This document shows positions 24,370-34,604 of a stretch of DNA of 64,000 nt, in pieces. Each line of letters starts with the position of its first letter. Within the stretch, counting starts at the first letter, position 1. A program made the translations under genes and the position numbers. The stretch spans positions 868,001 to 932,000 of the forward strand of contig JADEYG010000015.1 in the NCBI GenBank assembly GCA_016906335.1, in the 5' to 3' direction. The stretch comes from Novakomyces olei (taxonomy: Eukaryota). The notes beneath the pieces are model-generated. The model saw only the letters and a program-made list of their open reading frames with translations, was not told the DNA's origin and made no database searches.

Positions 24370-24906
24370 GATTGGGGGGAACAGAAATACATTAACAAAA
24401 ATCCAATACGCAAAAGCAGATATAATGATACGTGTCTTTTCTCGTGTGTTGCAACGCCATGATCGACAAGAGGCTCGTCGTCATGGCGTTCTGCGTTCAA
24501 GGGCACTGGCCGAAACCAGGCAAAGCCATCTCGACGAGCTAAGCTCGCCCAGTGGCGTAGTGCGTTCAAAAAGATCAAAATAAAGCTTTGGATGAGCCTG
24601 AAAGGCCAGGAAGTTTGTAAGCGTTTGAAGATGCCCCAACACATCGTAGAGAGTTGTTTGTCACAGTAGAATAGCGCACGTTCAGAGTCACGAGGTATGT
24701 CAGACGGTTGGTTTTTGGGCGAGGATCAAAGAGCGAGGTCCCGCCTATTTATACTTTAGTGGAGGCGGCCGCCAACGGCTGCTTACTAATAGACGTTGGG
24801 ATCTAGATTGCGGTCCATTAACGGCCGAAACCTGGGATGTCAGGTGTCCGTGAGAATCCACTGCACATAGACTGGAATGTGTGAATCACAACACGGTCAC
24901 GTGACT
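24370..24906 (-). repeat. Inverted-repeat copy A (partner at 30011-30533)
   Basis: Reverse complement aligns by eye to 30011-30533 with about 6 substitutions and 2 indels (23 nt and 9 nt). TATAAATA at 24746-24753 on the minus strand; GTCACGTGAC at the inner edge. Confidence 0.95.
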
Positions 24907-25384
24907 TGCGAGTAGCAAACAAGTATTGATACATCCAAGACTATATTTAACGTTCAGGAGATGATATGGAATATTGAAAATCAAATTCCTTTTTTCATCA
25001 TATTAATCATTCTGGTGTCCCGCGTGTACTTGTTAGCAATGTGGCGGCAATACACGTAGGCACGGTCCTTTCTAAATAAGAAAAAATTGCAAAATGACCT
25101 TTCTCTGTAAAGCAGCTGAGTCCAATATGTCACTTTTCGATGGGCGCATTTGTATCTGTTGATATTTTCTGATAATGATCCGGCAAACAATTCAGCCTGG
25201 AAGACTTGTCTACGGACAATGCATTTGCGTAGCTAATCGTTATTAACTCCTTAAATTTTTGTACCAGATTGAATAGATTTGCGCGAGCGCAATCGTAAAT
25301 GACTAAACGCACTTTTAAAACTTTTTCGCAGCACGATAAGAGTCTCAATAGTATATACACTTGATTATGGCTTCCCATCCAAAT

Positions 25385-27256
25385 TTAGTGCCGCTGATTG
25401 CTAGAAGACGCAGGATTCGGAGTTGGCGGAGCAGAAGTCGAAGCACCAGTAGAAGCACCAGCTTCCCGTTCCAGAAAGCTAATGAATTGGCTCGATACCG
25501 ATTCGCCTCTGTGATTATCTGACAGGACCGAGTTTAAAGTACTACTTGATCCATGACGCGATAAAAACAAATCTGCTCCGCTGTCGCCAATTGGACTACG
25601 CAAAGAGCTCCCCGATGATTTTATAAGGCCAGCAGTGGCTTGCTGATCTTCTGTCCACTCCAGCATAGAAGCAATTAATTGTAAGACTTCGAAACGTTTT
25701 GTATCTGTCCGTGGCAGAGACAAGAAAGACAGAAAAAGATTCGTAACAAGTTGCTTGTCCACCATTTCGTCAGCAGCACCCTTGCGTAGCAGCTTTGCTG
25801 CTTTTATCAAATGTTCATTGAGTATTACTGCCTCATGTCTCAACTTGCCAATCAAAAGATTCTTTTCTTTGATAGAATGCTCAAACACGCAGAGCCGCTC
25901 CCGTTCTTGCTCCGCAGTTTCGGCCCGGATAGTGACGTCACGCAATTGCCGTTCCAACTCACTAACGCGTTCGGAAAGCACGTCAGTCTTGATCTGCGAG
26001 GCCTCAACACTTTCCCTTAACTCACGTTTACGCTCTTCTTGTACCAGACTCAGAGCTTGCCGCAATGCACTATTCTCTTCTATATGTTCCAGCTGAATTT
26101 TTTCTACTTCAGCCTCAAACTGGGAAACGTTCTCTTCCAAAGACCGGATGCGATCCTTTGACGCTTCTCTTGCACGACGTTCCTCCATAGCCATAGCCTC
26201 CCAGTCTGTTACTTCCTTGACCAAACGCTCACAGTGCATGCGTGCGTCATGCTCAGCAGCAATCAATTGCATTCTTTCATCACGCCAGTCGGTGTTGAGG
26301 TCATTTGCGCTTTCTTTTAGAGCCGATATCTGTTCCGAGAGCTTTTGAGCCTCTTCGTTGGAGATAGCCAATTCTCTGTGTAGTCTCTCTAATGCATCAT
26401 CTTTAGCCTTAACGCTCGCCTCTAATTGATCAATAATCTGTCTGTTCTCTCTAATTTCATCTTCATCAGCTTGAATGCGTTCGCTCACACTTTTTTTGAT
26501 ATTAGCCAGCTTTGAAAGCAGTCCCCGATACTGTGCGTCTAACTGTGACTTTTCATGCTCCAGTTTTGCAGCGCGTGCCTTCCAATCGTCCAGTTCTCCA
26601 TTTTTTTGTTGATCCGTAGAAGCGGCTGCAAGACGCGTTTCCAGTTGGTGCACATTATCCTCGAGCTCTTTAATACGCTGGTCTTTTCCATCGCTAGCTG
26701 TGTTGTCCTCATCAGCCTTGAGCTCATCAACCTGGATCTCATCAGAGCCTGATTTACCTGCTCCTCGCTCCTTCAATCCGCCTCTTGACTCCTGCCTTTC
26801 ATCTCCCTCGCTGGCTGCCTCTACAGAAGAATCTTGGATATTTATAGCACCTCCATCTATAGAGGGCACACCTCCAAACGAATCAGGTTCTACAGGGCAT
26901 TCCTGAGTTGTATGGCTCGCTTGTGAGTCCTCAGGCACGTCCACATTCTGGTCCTGTGATTGCGACTTGGTTGGCAGTTCATTTGGAGGCAGTTTCTCTT
27001 CTTCGTCATAAACTTCAGTCGGGACCTGTGTCTGATCTCCGTTTTGAGATTCGCTTTGACTCTCTGCTTGATTCTGCGTTTGTGAAGCCTTCTTCTTCTT
27101 ATTCCTCTTCTTCTTGGACTTGCTTTCTACGGAAAGGTTTTCATGACGCTCAGGCTCCCGTTCAGCGTCTACTTGTTCTGTTGTACTCGTCAGTCTACCA
27201 AGCGCGTATTGTATGGCTAAACGGCAGGGGGCTTTACCTTGAACTGCGAGCGGCAT
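25385..27256 (-). CDS. RUD3: Golgin with a C-terminal GRAB domain (Rud3/GMAP-210 family)
   Basis: Long coiled coil; KEKNLLIGKLRHEAVILNEHL, VDKQLVTNLFLSFL, KRFEVLQLIASMLEW. The 5' end is uncertain. Confidence 0.82.
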   Translation of the reverse strand: MPLAVQGKAPCRLAIQYALGRLTSTTEQVDAEREPERHENLSVESKSKKKRNKKKKASQTQNQAESQSESQNGDQTQVPTEVYDEEEKLPPNELPTKSQSQDQNVDVPEDSQASHTTQECPVEPDSFGGVPSIDGGAINIQDSSVEAASEGDERQESRGGLKERGAGKSGSDEIQVDELKADEDNTASDGKDQRIKELEDNVHQLETRLAAASTDQQKNGELDDWKARAAKLEHEKSQLDAQYRGLLSKLANIKKSVSERIQADEDEIRENRQIIDQLEASVKAKDDALERLHRELAISNEEAQKLSEQISALKESANDLNTDWRDERMQLIAAEHDARMHCERLVKEVTDWEAMAMEERRAREASKDRIRSLEENVSQFEAEVEKIQLEHIEENSALRQALSLVQEERKRELRESVEASQIKTDVLSERVSELERQLRDVTIRAETAEQERERLCVFEHSIKEKNLLIGKLRHEAVILNEHLIKAAKLLRKGAADEMVDKQLVTNLFLSFLSLPRTDTKRFEVLQLIASMLEWTEDQQATAGLIKSSGSSLRSPIGDSGADLFLSRHGSSSTLNSVLSDNHRGESVSSQFISFLEREAGASTGASTSAPPTPNPASSSNQRH

Positions 27257-27586
27257 TGCTCAAAAGCTTTTGGCGCCGCCGGCGGCGCCAATTGTTGTTT
27301 TACTATACAATCAGAGTAATCGTTGTGACGAAACTGCTTTGGCCGCGTTGCAGCTTTCGACAGGTTAGAACTTTACTCTAATTGCTCTTGTTCGCAAGTC
27401 TATATTTTGTTTTGTACAACGTACCGTATACAATTAGTAATTTCGATAAATAATTAAATAAATTATCGCGCTTACTGCGTATTTAATTTAGTCTGTTCGC
27501 CGTGGCACTGCCCTATATATAGCGATCAATAAAACGAATAATACCGCAGCAATTTACATTAGAGGCAACGGTCGAGTGAGTGCGCA

Positions 27587-28903
27587 ATGGACGCATATCG
27601 GTCGTGGCTAATCCAAAACGCCGAGCAGATTGCTTCGATCGAGAGCAATTTGAAAAGCCTTACTTTTTTCTTACCAGGTACTTTAGTAATCTTGCAAATT
27701 GCTCACTGGTGACAGGTCGGTTTAAAGAGGCCGAAATCGCTACGGAGTCAGGTATTACTACGCTCTATTATTGGCCATTGATCTAACTCTCAAAGTGCAT
27801 AGTTTTGTAAACTTGGTGGCGATCTTCCATGACAGTATACTGTTGCGCGTGGTGGATAGCCTGCCACCGTCAGTACGACCGCACGCTACCGCTCATGGAC
27901 GGTATACAAAACATTGGATCAGGCACAAGCAGTACTACCGTCTCGCGTTATCGCTCGTGGTTACGCGACAAGTGGAGTTGCTTTTGGAAATGGTAGCACG
28001 GAAAAGATTTGGCGATCAGGGTCGCTGGCGTATGGTTGTCGGCTTGGAAGGTTTCAAGTATGATTTATTGGTTTTGCCTCACTTTCTGTTGTTTGACGCC
28101 TTATCCATCTCCGTTTTGACTTTGATTCTACTTTTATTCGATTCTAGTTTGCCTTGCTTTTAAATTCATTGATTCTAATAAACAGGTCGATTTGTAGACT
28201 CTTTCTGCTAAAACTCACGGGAGGTCGGCTCGTTTTAACGTCTCCTTTGCCCGAGCGAGATCTAGATCCAGCGTTACTTGGTGAACTTGATGTTGCGCTT
28301 GAAAGGCTTCATGCTCAGAACCAAAATACGAAACTGTCACCCGCGACGATGACAAGTTCTTACTATTTGAAACGTACGCGTCGCTTCATGGATCCACTTC
28401 CAGGTCCTACTGGGTCCGACGTGATAAACTACCTCGACAGCAAAGTCTTATCTGCCGATATGGTACAGCAACCAAGACTGCTGTTGCACACATTAAGTCC
28501 GCTTGGCCAGGCGGCTGAGGTACTATATATATTGAGGCCTTTTATCTATGCACTGGCAATCAAACGTTGGGGGTTTCGAACTTGGCGCCCTTGGCTCTTG
28601 GGTGCCTTGTTAGACTACACTGCTCAGACTCTTTTGCGAAGAGCTTTAGATACACCTGGAAGCGGTGTGCCTGGAGGTCTGTTAGGGCTTTCTCAGCTCG
28701 AGGATCAAGAGTTGCGCGTGCGCTCTGGTGATATGGCTTGGTGGATTATGCGGGGCGCTGCTTATGACGCTACAGTTGGATCCGTTATTAAACATTTGGG
28801 CCGATACTTTGGGGATTCTCGTAACCCAGTGTCTGCTGTCATTGGCATGCTCTTGAATGATTATGACTTTTTGGTTTCACAGAATTTCTACGCTACGACT
28901 TGA
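27587..28903 (+). CDS. PEX16: Peroxin 16
   Basis: Spliced MDAYRSWLIQNAEQIASIESNLKSLTFFLP|GRFKEAEIATES|VHSFVNLVAIFHDSIL, then ELLLEMVARKR, AEVLYILRPFIYA and WRPWLLG; 3 introns. Confidence 0.9.
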
Positions 28904-30010
28904 GTTATGTAATGAGAATATCGGTTTTTGGTATTCAAGGCAATAAATACCTAATACTTTTGAATAACAGAGTCCGATAATCCTGCCTGAATTTATTATT
29001 AATGACAAGCCAACCGAATTTATGCCAATATTACTGTCTTACAATGTCATATCAGGCTCGGCCATGTGACCAACATGTGTGTGAGCTTGAAACGGAGGTG
29101 GAGACCAAAAATAAGCGGTCAGTCAAAAAAGCGCATAAATATTTTGAAAATAGACCTGATCTCTTGCCGGTCATGAGCGTCGCACTTTTCTGGGTTTGCT
29201 TTACCTGCTTTACTATATGCGCTTCGACCAAAGGAATGGATTTACGCCATCGTGCTACAGGTCGCAATGTACAATAGTTATTTTTATCTGATATTGATAC
29301 TGCAGAATGACGAATTGTTACTGGAAGCTAAACCGCCGATTAAAAAGGCACCACGTGCCTTTCGAGATGAGGAAGTGCATCGTTAGCAGGCTTCTTACGG
29401 GGAAAGATTGCCAAATTTCTTACCCTGAACGAAAATTTTATATGTGTTTGGGCAGTTTTGGCTTGAGTCTTTTCATTACAGGGTGCACCTCTGTTGATAT
29501 ATAAACACTGTTTTCTTAATGGGATTCGATATTATTAGTTATTTCAAATACTTTTGCTCTATCGATTCCGCGTACAATTTTATGCTGATTGGACGAAAAC
29601 TATACGAAGCAGGTACTTGGATAATATTTGAACAAGCTCTGATTAATGTAGCAATTACAACATTATGTCAATATTATTTGGTATTGCACGATTACCTGTT
29701 GTATGCTATACTAGATTGACTCTAGAGACTTATGCTTGAAAAATCCAAATATATTGAATTGAACGCAACACGTTTTTAAAGCTGTGTCTTAGTCGATATC
29801 AAACTGATTAAAATCATTGATTTCCCCTTTGCTTATATCTTTTGTATCTCTTATTTAACCCATCAATATGGTATTTTGTATTGAGTCACGTGGAAGTCGC
29901 GTTATGTACATATTTCAATTGTCTATTTCATTTCGCATCATTCATCAACTTGTAAATTTTATATGTATGTTTTTATTATCAATTGCAATCAAATTTATAT
30001 ATATGGAGAG

Positions 30011-30533
30011 AGTCACGTGATCGTGTTGTGATTCACACATTCCAGTCAATGAAGTCAATGTGCAGTGGATTCTCACGGACACCTGACATCCCAGGTTTCG
30101 GCCGTTAATGGACCGCAATCTAGATCCCAACGTCTATTAGTAAGCAAAGTATAAATAGGCGGGACCTCGCTCTTTGATCCTCGCCCAAAAACCAACCGTC
30201 TGACATACCTCGTGACTCTGAACGTGCGCTATTCTACTGTGACAAACAACTCTCTACGATGTGTTGGGGCATTTTCAAACGCTTACAAAGTTCCTGGCCT
30301 TTCAGGCTCATCCAAAGCTTTATTTTGATCTTTTTGAACGCACTACGCCACTGGGTGAGCTTAGCTCGTCGAGATGGCTTTGCCTGGTTTCGGCCAGTGC
30401 CCTTGAACGCAGAACGCCATGACGACGAGCCTCTTGTCGATCATGGCGTTGCAACACACGAGAAAAGACACGTATCATTATATCTGCTTTTGCGTATTGG
30501 ATTTTTGTTAATGTATTTCTGTTCCCCCAAATC
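30011..30533 (+). repeat. Inverted-repeat copy B; candidate TATA-driven structured RNA or small orphan gene
   Basis: GTCACGTGA at the inner edge; TATAAATA 30150-30157; ORF 30259-30555; hairpins at 30347-30378, 30384-30397 and 30413-30450. Confidence 0.95.
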
Positions 30534-30660
30534 TGCCCTGCAAATCTTCCAGTAGACTGTAGGTAAAGTATATTCCTAGTTCCCAGTAAGAGCCACGACG
30601 CATGTGATCGTGATGATCGGTTGCATTCCAGCATAATTCTAAATCTAATCTAATCTTTTT

Positions 30661-30910
30661 TATTGTATTTATTGTATTTATTGTATTTATTGTATTTATT
30701 GTATTTATTGTATTTATTGTATTTATTGTATTTATTGTATTTATTGTATTTATTGTATTTATTGTATTTATTGTATTTATTGTATTTATTGTATTTATTG
30801 TATTTATTGTATTTATTGTATTTATTGTATTTATTGTATTTATTGTATTTATTGTATTTATTGTATTTATTGTATTTATTGTATTTATTGTATTTATTGT
30901 ATTTATTGTA
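30661..30910. repeat. Perfect (TATTTATTG)n array, ~28 copies
   Basis: Read directly; ends ~80 bp upstream of the TBCB start. Confidence 0.97.
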
Positions 30911-30989
30911 TGCTATGTTATTCAGATTAATTTAATTATTAAATATATATTTATGGCCATATGTTGTACATTTATTTTAATTCGCGTGT

Positions 30990-31790
30990 ATGGCGGACAT
31001 CCCTCTCCACGTAGACTCGCCGAATGCTGCGGGTGAGCGGCGCATTGGTTCACAATGGACCATAGCCCAGCTCAAATGCAAGCTCGAGCCTATGACGGGC
31101 ATCCCACCGCGACATCAGCGCATAACAGTGGTCGTCGGTAGTAGCGGGTCTGTTACATTAGACGCGTCAGACGAGGACGCGACTGTCGTCGCCTCATTCA
31201 ATATTCCTCCCTATTCCACACTGGTGGTCAGTTGGGCAGCCTTCATTTCTGTTTTGTTTTTAAATCTTTTTTCCAATTTTTTAACTTTACAGGTGCAAGA
31301 CAGCCGGCCGGTACAGCTTCGTCCTAATTTTGATGAAAGTTTAGTGGAAAAATATGAAATGCCGCTACACGAGTATGCGCAGCGCACAGATAGCGTTTTA
31401 GCGTGGAAGCAGAGAATGCAGTTGGGCCGTTTTGATCCGAATCAGCCTTCTGTTGAGTCGCCGCAAGACCGAGCAGAGCGTGAAGAAACGGATTTGCGGC
31501 TTCGTGGGTATACAGAAGGTGCCAGGTGCAAGGCTCCACATGACCGTCGAGGAACTGTCCGCTACATTGGGCCCATACCAGAGCTTCCGGGCAGCGGAAA
31601 TGTTTGGATTGGTGTCGAGTACGATGAGCCGGTAGGCAAAAATGACGGCAGTGTCAATGGCCATCGTTATTTCACTCTGACTAGTGGCCACGATGGAAGA
31701 TATGGAGGGTTCCTTAAACCAGCTGCCGTGGAAATAGGTCAGTTCCCTGTCATTGATATTCTAGCCGATGACGATATGGAGGAACTGTAA
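30990..31790 (+). CDS. ALF1: Tubulin-folding cofactor B (Ubl + CAP-Gly domains)
   Basis: KLEPMTGIPP, RTDSVLAWK...LGRF and WIGVEYDEPVGKNDGSVNGHRYF; in-frame intron 31227-31292. Confidence 0.93.
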   Translation: MADIPLHVDSPNAAGERRIGSQWTIAQLKCKLEPMTGIPPRHQRITVVVGSSGSVTLDASDEDATVVASFNIPPYSTLVVSWAAFISVLFLNLFSNFLTLQVQDSRPVQLRPNFDESLVEKYEMPLHEYAQRTDSVLAWKQRMQLGRFDPNQPSVESPQDRAEREETDLRLRGYTEGARCKAPHDRRGTVRYIGPIPELPGSGNVWIGVEYDEPVGKNDGSVNGHRYFTLTSGHDGRYGGFLKPAAVEIGQFPVIDILADDDMEEL

Positions 31791-32196
31791 TGCATAGCAG
31801 AGATTTGTTTATACTGGATCCTTTTTTACATTACTGAAATATAATTGCGGGGAGATCATTATATGCTATCAATGGCAATGGCCTGGGACTTTTGTGACCT
31901 GCAATTTTTACCTTCACGTTTAAAAGGGCCAGCATGTTGACTTATCAAAGACGGATGCAATATGTATGATGCGCATTACGGTTTTTCAATGTGGCATTCT
32001 TCAGCGTAATCGTTTTGCTCAAGAATAAAAAAGGCTACAAAGATTATTAGTAATCGTTTTGCACAAGAAAGAATAAAAAAGGCTACAAAAATCATTATGT
32101 CTACAATTGGCCAAGATGGAATCCGTTAATTTGTACATTCGATTACATATATTTCGCTGCAAAGTAGGCGCCTATCAGCTCGCATAAAATATCACA

Positions 32197-34357
32197 TTAC
32201 ACATCTTGCCCTTCCGCAATTTGTTCATTCATCAGAGTATCTGTCGCTTGTGAGAAGAATAGCACGGCATCATTCTTTCCGACGTTCGTGAATGCATAGT
32301 AGTTGCCACGTGGTACTCGGAACACACTACCCGCTTTTACCATAAACGTAGTTTTATGAACGGAAACCTCTAGTGTACCTTTATGAACGAAAAAGGTCAT
32401 TGCCGACGAATTGACTGACTTGTGCGGTTTTGTTTGGCCAGCACGAATTTCCACAATACCGTTCGAGAAAAATTCGTCGTCCTGAAAGAATTTTGCAAAT
32501 TTTATTCCTTGAGACGTGCTCTCCTGCATTTCCAGTGCGTTTCTCGAGATAGCGACATCTAGATGTCAGTTTTTTGCTCGTAGAGAAAGGAATTAAAACA
32601 TTATTAAATAAAGAAATTATACAAACAGATTGGAAAAATTCTAAGAGACAAGATTGAAAAACAGAAATAAAAATAGAGACAGTTCTCTCACCTTCTAATT
32701 TTGTCCGATTATGAGGCCAGTCGACTACGGTAGCTTCCACGAGTGCATTCGTCTGAACATCGTCCTCATCATCCTCCTCGTGACGCCCAAGTCTCTTCGG
32801 GACAGAAGCAGTACGCCGACGTTTCCGTGCCGGTTTGCCTTCCACATCGTCCTCCGTAGTCTTCTGTACAATCTGCTCCATATGAGGTACAGCAGGTCCT
32901 CCTGATTTTCTTCGGTCACCAAGTTTATATACAATACGCTCGCCCTTCCAATACGCGAGTGGTGGAATCCGTTGCCTTGACGATTTTCGCGTTACCCCAT
33001 CCGCTGCCATATTTAATTCTGTCTGCTTATCCGCCTCGATCTCTGATAAGCGTTCCTCAACGTGAACGTCTTTGCTCTTCTCCCTCACACCTGCACTTGG
33101 ATTTTTCATTTTTGCCTCGGATTTTGGTGGTCTTCCTCTTCTTTTGGCAGGTTTTATGACGGGCTGCTTACCCTCCATCGGCTCGGTAGCATGAAGCCTC
33201 TCCGTAGCATCGACGCTTACACTGCTCGTTTTGCTTTGAGCCTTTGCAGGACCATTTGCCTTGACTTGTTTATCATTTACAGCTGTTGTCCGGCCTTTCT
33301 TCTTGTGCGGAGAAGCAGTAATTACTGCTCTCTCTTTTTTATCCTGAGCTTTTGTGTTCCGCTTTGGCTCTTGCGTTTCTTTGCGTGATGGAGTAGCAGC
33401 ATTAGAGCGGAATTGCTGCGGGCTCCTTGGGCTGAACTGAAGCGGTGTGGCCTTGAAAGGCGTTGTGTCGCTGTATTGTGGAGTACCCGTCTTGTGAGCT
33501 GAAGGAGAAGTTGTACGAAGTCCGCGTGCAGCGCTGGGCTTTTGAGAATTCAAGCCTGAGCGTGGAGTTGTAGCCATTTCCTTTTTCTGCCAGAGCGGTG
33601 TAGCCTCTTTGTCTTTGTTAGGTAAGGCTGCACTAAAAGAGACTTCGTCTATTGAAGAATCTGAATCATCAGGCTGCGATTCTGCTGCCTGCCGCCGATG
33701 ATCAAGCGAAACAAGTTTGGCTTTTGGTCTTGGCGGCGATTGTTTGCGTGCAGACTTTACTTGCACAGGCGATTGCAGTTTGGACAGGTTTGCACGAGTA
33801 GGCGATTTAAATAATTGTTGCTTTGGTTTGGCAGGTTGCGATTCTTTTATCTGCGCAACGGGCGGAGAAGTGGGTGTGGCAGTAAGCGAAGCTGTATGAT
33901 ATTAGATTTAATTGCAAAGCTAGAACAATTTTATTTTTAATTGTATGTCTTACTTGATCGTGCCGACTCGCGCGACTCACTGCTCCCTCTAGAACGAACG
34001 CTTTGAGGCGACGAAATATCTCGATGTGCGTCTAAATTATGTTAGACATAAATTGAACATTGCCCACTTGTCATCAAAACAAACAAATAAATTCGACAAA
34101 AATCAAGCACTCGCAAACGTACCAAAATCCAGCTCCATGCTCTGTGGTTCGGATAAGGTATTACTTTCGCCACGAGAGGCAGAGGACGGTCGGAGCTCGA
34201 CAGACGGCGAAACGGGGTCGTGAAAAAAACCGCTCAGATCTTCAAACCCTCGACTATCGCGGCGACCTTCTGGCACACTCAGGCCAGTGCGTCGCCCAAC
34301 GCGACCGACATCGGTAAAGTTGTTTGCGGCGCGAACGCGCCGCCCTGCGTCGGCCAT
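32197..34357 (-). CDS. MIF2: Centromere protein C
   Basis: N-terminal VGRVGRRTGL, CENP-C motif RKSSRQRIPPLAYWKGERIVY and C-terminal cupin domain (VPRGNYY, LFFSQA); about 3 introns. Confidence 0.88.
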
Positions 34358-34473
34358 TAACTTTGATCGCTATTGTTTACCAGACGTAAACAACAGTTGA
34401 TCATAAAATAGATCACAATTAAATCATTTTGTTTAATGTATATATGAGGATGGCTAGTAAAATAATAGTTGAC

Positions 34474-34557
<84 letters not shown>
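34474..34557. repeat. (TAT)n microsatellite in the MIF2/RNH201 divergent promoter
   Basis: Read directly. Confidence 0.95.
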
Positions 34558-34558
<1 letters not shown>

Positions 34559-34604
34559 TAATACTGAATAATATGCGCATGCGTCAATCGTAGCTGGACG
34601 CGAT

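Noticed and set aside
24590-24615. Hammerhead-like GGATGAGCCTGAAAGGCC
   Set aside because: The core CUGAUGA and GAAA elements are not matched.
24695-24792. Intron-like GTATGT...TACTAATAG on the strand opposite the TATA box
   Set aside because: Splicing yields no ORF conserved in both copies, and the TATA box and G·U asymmetry favour the other strand. The complementary ACATACCT is U1-like, but the U1 loop motifs are missing.
24907-30010. Mating-type genes inside the inverted repeats
   Set aside because: Translating the pads by hand gave no convincing HMG, alpha-box or homeodomain protein. A faint RSFCNFFLFRKD resemblance (24981-25190, minus) lacks the rest of an HMG box. Usual MAT neighbours such as SLA2 and APN2 are absent.
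30024-30456. Solo LTR (TGTTG...CAACA inside the repeat)
   Set aside because: Homology between the copies extends past both putative termini, and there is no target-site duplication.
30570-30578. snR30/U17 m1 motif ATATTCCTA
   Set aside because: No AAACCAT partner motif follows, and it lies outside the repeat, beside one copy only.
24370-34357. Centromere suggested by inverted repeats, CDEI-like GTCACGTG and the nearby CENP-C gene
   Set aside because: The repeats enclose intact genes in a gene-dense region, and the location of MIF2 says nothing about centromere position.
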